Below are positions 1 to 8,079 of a DNA stretch of 64,000 nt, one piece after another. Position 1 is the first letter of the stretch. Every line of letters starts with the position of its first letter. Made by a program: the position numbers and the translations under genes. The notes below the pieces were generated by a model that saw only the letters and a program-made list of their open reading frames with translations, was not told where the DNA came from and made no database searches. The DNA comes from an uncultured Holophagales bacterium (GTDB lineage: Bacteria > Acidobacteriota > Thermoanaerobaculia > Multivoradales > UBA5704): the NCBI GenBank assembly GCA_963842525.1, contig CAWJGT010000023.1:160001-224000 (forward strand). Direction: 5' to 3'.

Positions 1-134
1 GTTTTTCAGTGTACGCGCTTGCGCCGAAGGGCGCGGACGGCCATATAGGGCATGATTTGGGTTCCAGGTTCGCTACCGCGACACCCTGCCCCCTTTATAG
101 GTTAAATGTCGGACAGCCAGCCGGGCGCGAACCG

Positions 135-355
135 GCACGCGACTCGGCCGGGGAAACGACTTCAGGGGAAAAAGGTGGCGCTCGGCCGCCCCCTTTTGCG
201 CAGAAAGGTGGTGGCCGGCCGCCACCTTTTCGACCCCACGCACGTGCTCGGGCGAGCACGCGACTCGGCCGGGGGAAACGACTTCAGGGGAAAAAGGGTG
301 CGCTCAGCCGCGCCCTTTCGGGCTGAAAGGGTGCGCTCTACCGCGCCCTTTTCGA
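135..355. repeat. Composite REP/BIME-like repeat, two tandem units, each GCACGCGACTCGGCCGGGGAAACGACTTCAGGGGAAAAAGG followed by paired hairpins
   Basis: Units start at ~135 and ~256; a third close copy lies at ~9453-9555. Hairpins AAAGGGTGCG...CGCGCCCTTT are visible. Confidence 0.8.
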
Positions 356-357
356 CC

Positions 358-1653
358 TCACGCACGCGCCCGGGCGAGGGTGGCAGCGACTTCGCGGGCC
401 AGATCGGCGGTGGCGGTTTCGCGGCGGGCGGCTTCCTGGAAAACGAGGAGGGCGGCCAGGGCTTCGCGGGAGATGTCCAGGTCTCGGAAGACGGTCACTG
501 TCTCGTCGGCCAGGTGGCGGACTTCGGTGGCCTCCCCCTCTTCCATGTAGGAGATCGCCAGATCCAGGGCGGCGAGGGCGGCGTCGAAGGCGTTGCCGTC
601 GTCGAGGAACTTCTGGCGGACCTCGGCCAGGAGATCGCGGGCCCGGACTTGGTCTCCCAGGCCGGCGACGATGCGGCCCTCCACCCAATCCAGACGGACT
701 CGGTCGAGAGCGCTTCCGTGGGCTGCGGCTACCGCCTTCAGTTCTGGCAGAAGGTCGGCCGCCTCTTGATGTCGGCCGGCCTTCGACAGGCTGTCCACCA
801 GGTTGTGGCGAACACAGAGGACGAGACGCGGCTCCCGGGCCGGGTCTATGAGTCCGTTTGCCTTCCTCAAGGCCTCGATGGCGGCCTCAGGTTCGCCCAA
901 CTCGATGAGCGCTCCGGCTTTCAAGATGAGACTTCGGCCGGCGAGGTGCGGATCCCGGTGCTCGGGTTGGCCCTCCAGGAAGAGGGCCACGGCCTGGTCG
1001 AGCAGCTCGAAGGCTTCGGGAAAGCGGCGCTGCGCCACGCGAAGGGAGGCCTTCAGGTCCAGGAGGACAGGCTCGTAGCCGAGGGCGTCTTCGGAATCCT
1101 CGGTTCCCGCCTCCCACCAGGAGTCCGACATCTCGAAGCACCGCTCGCCTGCGGGCAGATCGCCCTGCACTCGGCGGGCGTTGCCGAGCCCGGCCCAGGC
1201 AAGGCTTCGGAGCTGGTAGACCCAGCGCTCCTCGAATAGCTCGCTGTCCGAGATCCTGTCCGCCACGTGGACGGCGAGGTCAGCGAGGTGGAGGGCCTCC
1301 GCCGGCTGCTCCGGCGCGGTCTGGCAGCTCCTGCGGACCAGCAGCTCGCAGAGACCCCAGCTCACGAAGCGCGGGTCGGCGTGGAGGCGGGCCAGGCGGT
1401 CCTCCGGATCGAGCGGCGCGAGCTCCTGCAGGAGCCGGGGGGCCTCGGCCTTGGACCGGGCGAGGGCCGCGTCGATTGGACCAAAAACAGGAGGGAGGGC
1501 GTTGGCCTGGTGAAGCTCGAGGAGCCAGCCGCCGACCTCTCTACAGCGGGGACAGAGGTCCAGCAGGTGGAAGAGTTGCTCATTCTGCTCCGCCGTCCGA
1601 TCCGTGGCGAGCAGACGCTCCAAAGCGGCGGCGTCGAGGTGCTTGTGCTCCAT
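358..1653 (-). CDS. TPR-like helical repeat protein with N-terminal zinc-knuckle (anti-sigma-like) motif, 431 aa
   Basis: ATG at 1653 after a GAGGAGG RBS, inside ORF 358..2088. N-terminus HLDAAALERLL...HLLDLCPRC; TPR-like helices AWAGLGNARRVQGDL and LGEPEAAIEALRKA. Confidence 0.75.
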   Translation of the reverse strand: MEHKHLDAAALERLLATDRTAEQNEQLFHLLDLCPRCREVGGWLLELHQANALPPVFGPIDAALARSKAEAPRLLQELAPLDPEDRLARLHADPRFVSWGLCELLVRRSCQTAPEQPAEALHLADLAVHVADRISDSELFEERWVYQLRSLAWAGLGNARRVQGDLPAGERCFEMSDSWWEAGTEDSEDALGYEPVLLDLKASLRVAQRRFPEAFELLDQAVALFLEGQPEHRDPHLAGRSLILKAGALIELGEPEAAIEALRKANGLIDPAREPRLVLCVRHNLVDSLSKAGRHQEAADLLPELKAVAAAHGSALDRVRLDWVEGRIVAGLGDQVRARDLLAEVRQKFLDDGNAFDAALAALDLAISYMEEGEATEVRHLADETVTVFRDLDISREALAALLVFQEAARRETATADLAREVAATLARARA

Positions 1654-1768
1654 GCGATCCCCTCCTCGGATTGTTCTCGGCGGAGAATAATAGCGTAGGT
1701 GCGGAACATCGAGAAGGCTGATGGCGAAAATGCGGGCCGGAAAACCGCCGCCCGGCCCGCAAGCACGC

Positions 1769-2050
1769 TCAAGGACGGCCGTTGGGATCGAGGATGGAGC
1801 CGTTTTCGCTGCCGGGCTCGGAGCTCGTGCTGGCGCCGCTCGACTCAAGGGCGGAGCCGGTCTCGCTCCAGATGGCGGAGAGGAAGCTCCAGAGCTGGGC
1901 GAAGAGGCCCGGGGTTGTCTGGGAGTGCTCGGAGGTTGAGTGGATGGTGTGGCCCAGGGGCAGGGCCTTGGCGTGGGCGGGGGCGAGGAGGATAAGGGCC
2001 AGCAGGGCGAGGGTGAGGATGAACAGGGGACGGGTGGGGTGTCGGGGCAT
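1769..2050 (-). CDS. Small secreted peptide precursor, 93 aa, ending in a GxxLDPNG motif
   Basis: MPRHPTRPLFILTLALLALILLAPAHA is a clear signal peptide with an AxA site, followed by an amphipathic LWSFLSAIW segment and two related motifs SETGSALESSG and SENGSILDPNG. GAGG precedes the ATG. Confidence 0.7.
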   Translation of the reverse strand: MPRHPTRPLFILTLALLALILLAPAHAKALPLGHTIHSTSEHSQTTPGLFAQLWSFLSAIWSETGSALESSGASTSSEPGSENGSILDPNGRP

Positions 2051-2119
2051 TTGGACCTCGTGAGGGCCGCCACGGCTGCGGCCGCCATGGCCGGAGGGGG
2101 CGAGGCCTTCAGGAGGAAG

Positions 2120-2530
2120 TGTGCGCTGCCCTACCTGGAACAGAGCTGAGATGTGGGGGACGGACACAGAGAGACTTCGGGCGGAGCTGCGAGAGGCCGG
2201 CGTGGCGGTAGGGCCGCAACTGCCCGCCTGGATGCGGGGGAGTGGCCGAGGGGCGAAGGGCACCCTTGGCGGGTGAGGGGCCTCACCCAGGAGCAGATAC
2301 ACTGGGAGCTGTAGATCGACCGGCGCCGTGGCGTCGAAGAGGGTGGCATGATCGGGCGGACCTGAGTGGGGGCCGGCGTGGCGGTAGGGGCCTCAACTGC
2401 CCGCCTAGAACTCCACGGAGGGCCGGAGGACACGGGAGCTTACCCCCGGGCCGGCTGCGATAGCCGCCCTCGGGAGGAAACGGGTGGCACGTATTCCGGG
2501 CGCACCTATCCCGGGCACCTATCCCGGGGT
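2120..2530. repeat. Dispersed intergenic repeat family (two partial units)
   Basis: CCCTACCTGGAxCAGAGCTG..GATG..GGGACGGACAC..GGGCGGAGCT..GGCCGGCGTG..CAACTGCCCGCCTGGA recurs at ~7650-7720 + 9295-9440 (split by the IS) and ~9570-9690. Confidence 0.8.
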
Positions 2531-2775
2531 GAGCGCGTGGAAACATGGAGTCCCGCGCTATCGTTCTTCGCCTCCCCCTGTCCTGCTAAACATCTGGTAT
2601 CATTGCAGTGCAGGGCAGTCTTTAGCAGGCGTTAAATTTGTCGCAGAGCCTGGAAGAAGGGCGCCGCAGAGTGCCCTCGGGTTCTGCGAAGCCTGCTGGA
2701 ATTGGGAGTACAGCATCAAGTGCGAAGAGGCTTAGGGGTAACCGGGTGCCACTCCCAGGGCCTTCGGACTGATCA

Positions 2776-3240
2776 TTGAGGAGACAATGCTTGTGCCCAG
2801 AGGACGCTGAAAAGTCTACCTCTCGAACAACTAGCGCAGGAGGTGTGGTTCTCAACCGCGAGGACCACGTTCTAGTTGTAAAGCAAAGAGATGATACTTG
2901 GTCCCTTCCCAAGGGCCATGTAGAACCAGGCGAAGATGTTCTCACCGCTGCACGCAGGGAGATTCTTGAAGAGACTGGATTACGCGAATTACTCTATATT
3001 GCGCCGTTGGGCTCGTACACTCGGCTGAAGAAATTCTCAAGCAGATACAACGGCCCAGAATTGAAAACCATCCATATGTTTCTATTTCGAACTCAAGAGG
3101 AAGAACGCCTGAGTCCGCACGACAAAGACAATCCTGAAGCGAAATGGGTCTCTAAAGAGCACGGTGGCCAAGCTTCTTTCCTACCAAGAGGACTGCGATT
3201 TCTTTCTTGGCATCGTCAGCGGAATCTAGGTACTTACTAG
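2776..3240 (+). CDS. Nudix hydrolase (Ap4A-hydrolase/MutT-like); probable frameshift near 3162, start uncertain
   Basis: SAGGVV...WSLPKGHVEPGEDVLTAARREILEETGL is a full Nudix box. Removing one G at ~3162 gives a typical C-terminus VAKLLSYQEDCDFFLGIVSGI ending at TAG ~3229. Confidence 0.88.
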   Translation: MRRQCLCPEDAEKSTSRTTSAGGVVLNREDHVLVVKQRDDTWSLPKGHVEPGEDVLTAARREILEETGLRELLYIAPLGSYTRLKKFSSRYNGPELKTIHMFLFRTQEEERLSPHDKDNPEAKWVSKEHGGQASFLPRGLRFLSWHRQRNLGTY

Positions 3241-3276
3241 ATACTTTATGCGAGACGCCGCTAGGAGAAACATTGA

Positions 3277-4248
3277 ATGAGTCGACTTATTATTGTAGGT
3301 GGTGCCTCTGGAGCTGGAAAATCATTTTTGCTACAAAACATTGCACTACTCGATCTCACTGTGGTAGTCGTTCGTAAATTGACAACAAGAAAGCCTCGGC
3401 CCTACGAAAGCGCTAGCGGACCGGTTGAAGATCTAGAACTCAGCACGCCGTTAGCGAGCGTCAAGCAATGCGACTATGTCTATCAATATGGCAAAGACTG
3501 GTACGGCGCGCGGCGGCAGGACATCAAACAGGTCCTCTTGGCGGGGAAAAACCCGATTCTCATAGTTCGAAACTGCAGGACTATACATAAGATTCTGCAC
3601 GATTTCCCAGGCGCACTGGTTGTCTATCTTCAATCTGGATTGAGCGGTGACGATCTCAAGGAAAAGCTTCTAGAACAGGGGCGTCAAGATATCGACATCG
3701 ACGAAAGGATGCGACGGAATCTGGCCGACTTTAACGAATATGTTCGTCACATCTACTTGTTTCGTCATGTCCTAATAAATTTTTTCGATGATCTTCTATT
3801 GGATCAAATGCAGGCTATCCTTCAGTATGAGATAACCGATGACGATATTTTGCCAGATTTCGTTTTTGTGTTGATGTCATTCAATCCCGATTTTACAAGT
3901 GTGTACAAAGCTATGTGCGCGGCGGGCATGCTGGTTAAAGGGCGGACCCTGCGCGTGGAGCGCATAGACGCAAAGCTCGGTGATTACAAGATAACAAATG
4001 AGGTGCTTCGCAGTATAAGAAGATCTGCACTTATTCTTTGCGAGGTCTCAGAGGAGCGACCCAATGTTTACTATGAACTTGGCTATGCCCGGGGGCTCGG
4101 AAAGACAGTAATTCCTTGCGCCAGAGCTGGAACAACTCTTCCCTTCGATGTCAAAGACTTTCGTACTATTTTCTACTCCGACCCAATCGATCTACAGGAA
4201 AAACTAGTGGCGGAGTTCATCGCCGCCTTCAACGGAAGTGAGAAATGA
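3277..4248 (+). CDS. Guanylate-kinase-like P-loop kinase fused to a nucleoside deoxyribosyltransferase/N-glycosidase-like (TIR-like flavodoxin fold) domain
   Basis: N-terminal GGASGAGKS Walker A, KLTTRKPRPYE and YQYGKDWYG GK motifs. C-terminal FVFVLMSF...IRRSALILCEVSEERPNVYYELGYARGLGK...LPFDV. Confidence 0.8.
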   Translation: MSRLIIVGGASGAGKSFLLQNIALLDLTVVVVRKLTTRKPRPYESASGPVEDLELSTPLASVKQCDYVYQYGKDWYGARRQDIKQVLLAGKNPILIVRNCRTIHKILHDFPGALVVYLQSGLSGDDLKEKLLEQGRQDIDIDERMRRNLADFNEYVRHIYLFRHVLINFFDDLLLDQMQAILQYEITDDDILPDFVFVLMSFNPDFTSVYKAMCAAGMLVKGRTLRVERIDAKLGDYKITNEVLRSIRRSALILCEVSEERPNVYYELGYARGLGKTVIPCARAGTTLPFDVKDFRTIFYSDPIDLQEKLVAEFIAAFNGSEK

Positions 4249-5582
4249 GGAATACAGCGCAAGGCTTTAGAGATCGCTTCGCTGATGCTCAGGCGTCGAT
4301 TATTATTCTTGGCACCAACCCCCTTATTCCATTTCTTGAAAGTAGCGCGCAATTTTTCGCAGATCTTCTGACTCTTCGAACAAAGCTCAGGCTGAGCATT
4401 CTCTACGAGAGCGACAGCGAGAACTTCAGCCAGTCTTTGTGTGTCGATACTCAGCACTCGGAGAACAGATTTTCATACGAGTCACTTCGAGTTCACAGAA
4501 ATAGAATAAGCGGGACAAAGAAAGAAGGTGAAGGTGGAATTTTTTTAGAGATTGGCGAGTGTTTGAGTGACGACATGCTGAGAAAAGCGGTCCTGAGACG
4601 CGTAACCCTTCGACAGGTCAACTTGAGGCTCCCGCTCAATATCATTTCGGTCGACAGCCGACTATGGTTCTGCGTAGTTACCAATTCCATGCCCGTTATA
4701 GAAGACTATATCGAAATTAAGAAAAATGATCCATTGTATCTGGTCGTTACTGATTTTCTTGATTTTTATACTGACCAGGGAAAAGGAGGGATATATCTTT
4801 CCCAGCCGAAGGAAGAGTTAATCCAGCTTTATGACAAGGAGGCCTACCCTAGGGGTATATTCCCGAGGGCCTGCTTCTACACAACCGAATTTCAGCGTTT
4901 CTCCATCTGGGGTTTCATCTTTAACCGAAGAGGGAAACTGTTGCTGCATAAGCGCAGCATGGCTACTAAAGACGGTCGCGGTCTATGGGATAAGTCAGTC
5001 GGAGGACATGTTGACTTGCTTGATTCGTCAACCTTCATCACGGCCCAACGCGAGTTGGTAGAGGAACTTTTCTTGCCCGAGGCGGAATATTCAAAGCATG
5101 TTCGTGCGGATCTCGGAGACATCATAAACTTTGGCGATTGGAATCCCACAAAACGACCTGAACGTGTATTCAAAAATGCCTTCGCCGGCCTTGGCGCCGC
5201 AGATTGGATTCAGTTTCGCGCAACAGATGGAAAGGGAGAGCCCCTTACGGTGACACGAGTTTCTAACCGAAGAATCCATAGGGACGACGGAAGCGTCAGG
5301 ATTAAAAAAACCGTGTTTAGGAGCGATGTATATTTGTTCATAGCTCCTCCGGAATACTTGGATACTGATGAGCAGATGCGACGGTTGCTCGAAATAGCCG
5401 AACAGAAAGGCGCGGCTTCGGATCACAGGTTGATATCCGTTGGTGACTTCAGGAAGTGGATCGACGATACCGAAAAGGAGGGAAAATCAGATGAAATCTT
5501 CACTGACGACCTGTTATTCATTAATGTTAGTCACCGCAACCTGCTGGAACAATTCGCAGAATTCGTAACGTTCATGTTTTAG
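4245..5582 (+). CDS. Uncharacterised N-terminal domain (possibly DUF5919/PLD-like fold) fused to an IPP-isomerase/YfcD-like Nudix domain
   Basis: ATGA overlap with the upstream gene. C-terminal half has ELIQLYD...IWGFIFNRRGKLLLHKRS...GLWDKSVGGHVD...TAQRELVEEL. Confidence 0.75.
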   Translation: MRNTAQGFRDRFADAQASIIILGTNPLIPFLESSAQFFADLLTLRTKLRLSILYESDSENFSQSLCVDTQHSENRFSYESLRVHRNRISGTKKEGEGGIFLEIGECLSDDMLRKAVLRRVTLRQVNLRLPLNIISVDSRLWFCVVTNSMPVIEDYIEIKKNDPLYLVVTDFLDFYTDQGKGGIYLSQPKEELIQLYDKEAYPRGIFPRACFYTTEFQRFSIWGFIFNRRGKLLLHKRSMATKDGRGLWDKSVGGHVDLLDSSTFITAQRELVEELFLPEAEYSKHVRADLGDIINFGDWNPTKRPERVFKNAFAGLGAADWIQFRATDGKGEPLTVTRVSNRRIHRDDGSVRIKKTVFRSDVYLFIAPPEYLDTDEQMRRLLEIAEQKGAASDHRLISVGDFRKWIDDTEKEGKSDEIFTDDLLFINVSHRNLLEQFAEFVTFMF

Positions 5583-5595
5583 GTGGAGGCAAGCT

Positions 5596-6972
5596 GTGAG
5601 TGGGTGCTTGTACATCCTAACGGGCGCGTCAGGGTGTGGAAAGACGACGCTCTTAAACAGCGTCTGTTCAGGGGCTCTGCAGAAGAAGTATTCAGCAGTT
5701 AAGGCTCCGAAGTACTCGGAACGATCATCGCGCGGGCCGGATGATGATATAGAAACTGTCGAGCGAGTGGAACTCGGGGCCTTCGATCTTGCCTATGTAA
5801 TCAATGGTATCCGATATGGAATACGCATCAGAGATATAGAGGTTCAGATTGAAGCAGGGAAAAACTCATTTATAATACTGAGCGACTTCCGAATTGTCCG
5901 ACGTCTGAAGGCTATGCTCCATCACCGAGCGAAGGCTATATATATAGCGTCCAGTGTTGATACAAGAAGAATTGAAGCCATTCAAGAGGCCCGGTACGGA
6001 TTCAATCCAGACCCCAAACAGCGAAAGCGACTTCAAGTTCAGTTCTCTAGACTGGAGAGCGCTGCTCGCCTCGGTTTATGGAGAAGCGTTTTTGAATGCA
6101 TGGGAGAGCTAGCCAATGACTGGCGAGAGTTTATTCCTGAGGCCAAGTCGACGGAGATCAGAGCGCAAAAGATCCGCGCATTTCATAACAGGTACATCGA
6201 TAACCTGCATCTTTTTGATCACGTTCTGTTGAATTACAACCAAGGTCACCCAGAGGAAATGACAGAGCAGTTGGTTAATATTTTGAAGTGTTCATCCACG
6301 AGAAGGCCCCGGATAAATAGCCGACCAGTTCTGTTTGTTGTAGCCGCTTCTTCGGGTGCAGGCAAAGGCACCCTAATGGAAACACTCAATATGATAGGGA
6401 GAGATCAGGTTGCGATCGTAACCAAAATGGCTCGACGCGACCCGAAGACAAATGACAGAAGAGATGGAATGGTGGCAATTGGGAAAGACGGAGTGTTTCC
6501 TGAAGTATTTGATATGCATTGGACCTTCCATGAGCCGATGCGAAAGCCCACGAAGCGGGGGCGTCGAGAATTAGTGGAGGCCGGAGATGGACAATCCGAC
6601 AGGAGAGAAATGGAGAAATATGCAGGTACGGAGTACGCGATAGGCACAAAGGAAGTGAGAGATAATTTTGAACGCGGGGTTCAGCAGATTGTTATTTCTA
6701 ACATGAAACAGTTCCCGCGATTCCGTGAGTTGTTTGGAGAAAAAGTTGTTTTCCTTTACCTTCATCGATTGGTTAGCGCAAAGGAAATCCGACGTTTTCA
6801 ACTCGAGAATTGCGAAACAAAGGATGAAGCACTCCAGAGGATATTCGAGATTCGCGAAGTACATAAAGATTATATGAAAAAGATAGCTGAGTTCAACCAT
6901 GTCCTTTTGAATACAGCTTATAGAGAAGATCTATTTGACCAGATGTTCCAACTAATTGATTTTTACCGATAA
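5596..6972 (+). CDS. Protein with two tandem guanylate-kinase-like domains
   Basis: Two Walker A motifs (LYILTGASGCGKTT; LFVVAASSGAGKGT), each followed by a degenerate GK segment (KYSERSSR; TKMARRDPK) and each ending in the GK-type strand FDHVLLN / FNHVLLN. RBS GGAGG, GTG start. Confidence 0.8.
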   Translation: MSGCLYILTGASGCGKTTLLNSVCSGALQKKYSAVKAPKYSERSSRGPDDDIETVERVELGAFDLAYVINGIRYGIRIRDIEVQIEAGKNSFIILSDFRIVRRLKAMLHHRAKAIYIASSVDTRRIEAIQEARYGFNPDPKQRKRLQVQFSRLESAARLGLWRSVFECMGELANDWREFIPEAKSTEIRAQKIRAFHNRYIDNLHLFDHVLLNYNQGHPEEMTEQLVNILKCSSTRRPRINSRPVLFVVAASSGAGKGTLMETLNMIGRDQVAIVTKMARRDPKTNDRRDGMVAIGKDGVFPEVFDMHWTFHEPMRKPTKRGRRELVEAGDGQSDRREMEKYAGTEYAIGTKEVRDNFERGVQQIVISNMKQFPRFRELFGEKVVFLYLHRLVSAKEIRRFQLENCETKDEALQRIFEIREVHKDYMKKIAEFNHVLLNTAYREDLFDQMFQLIDFYR

Positions 6973-7030
6973 CAGGAACCTTCTGAGTTTCGCGGGAGTC
7001 TTTTCTGGCATTGGAGAGCCGGCTATGCCT

Positions 7031-7091
7031 GGCCCCTCACCCTCGGGCCACCTCTCCCACTCGCACTCACACCCGCGCGGGAGAGGGGGCG
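7031..7091. repeat. CCCCTCACCC..CCTCTCCC..GGGAGAGGGG REP-like hairpin
   Basis: Related hairpins at ~34370-34421 and, inverted, at ~39866-39921; each lies just past a gene end. Confidence 0.55.
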
Positions 7092-7367
7092 CAAAGACCG
7101 CAAGGACGACTCCAAGGGGGCGGGTAGATGTGCGGTTGCTGCTGGATCGGCTGGTGTCGCGGACGCTGGAGGTATGACTGACGGCGCGGCCGGCGGGACA
7201 ATTCGTGCGTGCGGGCGCTGACCGCGGGGGTGGTGCGCGAGATCCTTTACTGACGGTGGGCAGAGGTGAAGGAGCCCTTGGAAGGGCGGCGGGGGGAGAA
7301 GGGTGGAAGTTGGCCGGCCGGCGGTGGAGACGGATATGGGAGGAGTTCGGTGAACTCGTGCCAAACG

Positions 7368-7541
7368 CAACCGGGCGCTTCTCTGGCGGGGCCGCGGCCG
7401 TATCGGCGGGAGATCAAGGTGCTCTCTGTCGCCGAGGTGGGCCGGCTGCTTTGGGGTGAGGTGCCGGGGACTCTTCCGCGGGATCCGCGGGAGATGCGGG
7501 ACCGGGTGTTGCTGGGGGTCGCATATGTGGCGGGGCTTCGC
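7368..7541 (+). pseudogene. Internal fragment of a tyrosine recombinase paralogous to 33393-34334
   Basis: QPGASLAGPRPYRREIKVLSVAEVGRLLWGEVPGTLPRDPREMRDRVLLGVAYVAGLR aligns with NPGASLAGPRPYRREIKVLTVAEVSRLLWGDAPGTLPKNPVEMRNRVLLGVTYVAGLR. Confidence 0.88.
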
Positions 7542-7849
7542 CCCCACCGACCAAGACACAGGACGGACGCGGACTGTGGCAGGGACAGGCACGGACGGCG
7601 GCTCGGCTGCGGGGCTTCGGTGCGCCGTGAGGTTTGGCCTTGGCCGCTCGGCCTGGCTTTGCCCTACCTGGAGCAGAGCTGGGATGCTGGGACGGATACG
7701 GAGGGTGCTCGGGCGGAGCTTCTATGTGGACCACCGGTGTCAAGCGTCTCAGGGTTGTTCGTCCTCCCCTCCTTTTTGGGTGGTTTCGCCGAGGGCTTCT
7801 GCATCGCGTTGGGGCGTTTGGTCTCCCTTTCAGTTTCTGGCGCTTGCCG

Positions 7850-8075
7850 GTGTGCCAGGACCTGGTCGTCCTTTCCAGCTTCTATCCGTGCTGACCTCAC
7901 CTTTGGGTCAGGCACCAAATGCAGCATGCGCTGCGAGCGACTCAGGCAAGCTTTAGGAGCGGCCCCATCTGAGGAAAACGGTTCGGAAGCCCGAACCAAG
8001 CTCCGCCCCGGGCACGCTCCACCAGTCTTTCTCGGAGACCTCCCCTCTTGTCCCTCCTTACCTGGAATTCTGTTC
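7850..8075 (-). ncRNA. Putative bridge RNA (seekRNA) of the IS110 element; exact ends unknown
   Basis: Two internal-loop structures. 7956-8020 carries guides matching the target flanks (GGGCGGAGCT; CTCAG). 7861-7946 carries a guide matching the donor junction (ATAGAAG). Confidence 0.8.
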
Positions 8076-8079
8076 CAGA

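Noticed and set aside
106-1698. Plus-strand ORFs 106-1239 and 1267-1698
   Set aside because: Antisense shadows of the TPR gene in high-GC DNA; no motifs.
3277-6972. Housekeeping gmk or phosphonate phnN annotation
   Set aside because: Domain fusions, duplicated and degenerate motifs, low GC, and no rpoZ or phn context.
2776-6972. Assignment to CBASS, Thoeris, Pycsar or Kongming
   Set aside because: No nucleotidyltransferase, cyclase, ThsA-like SIR2/macro, deaminase or HAM1 motifs are recognisable in these four genes.
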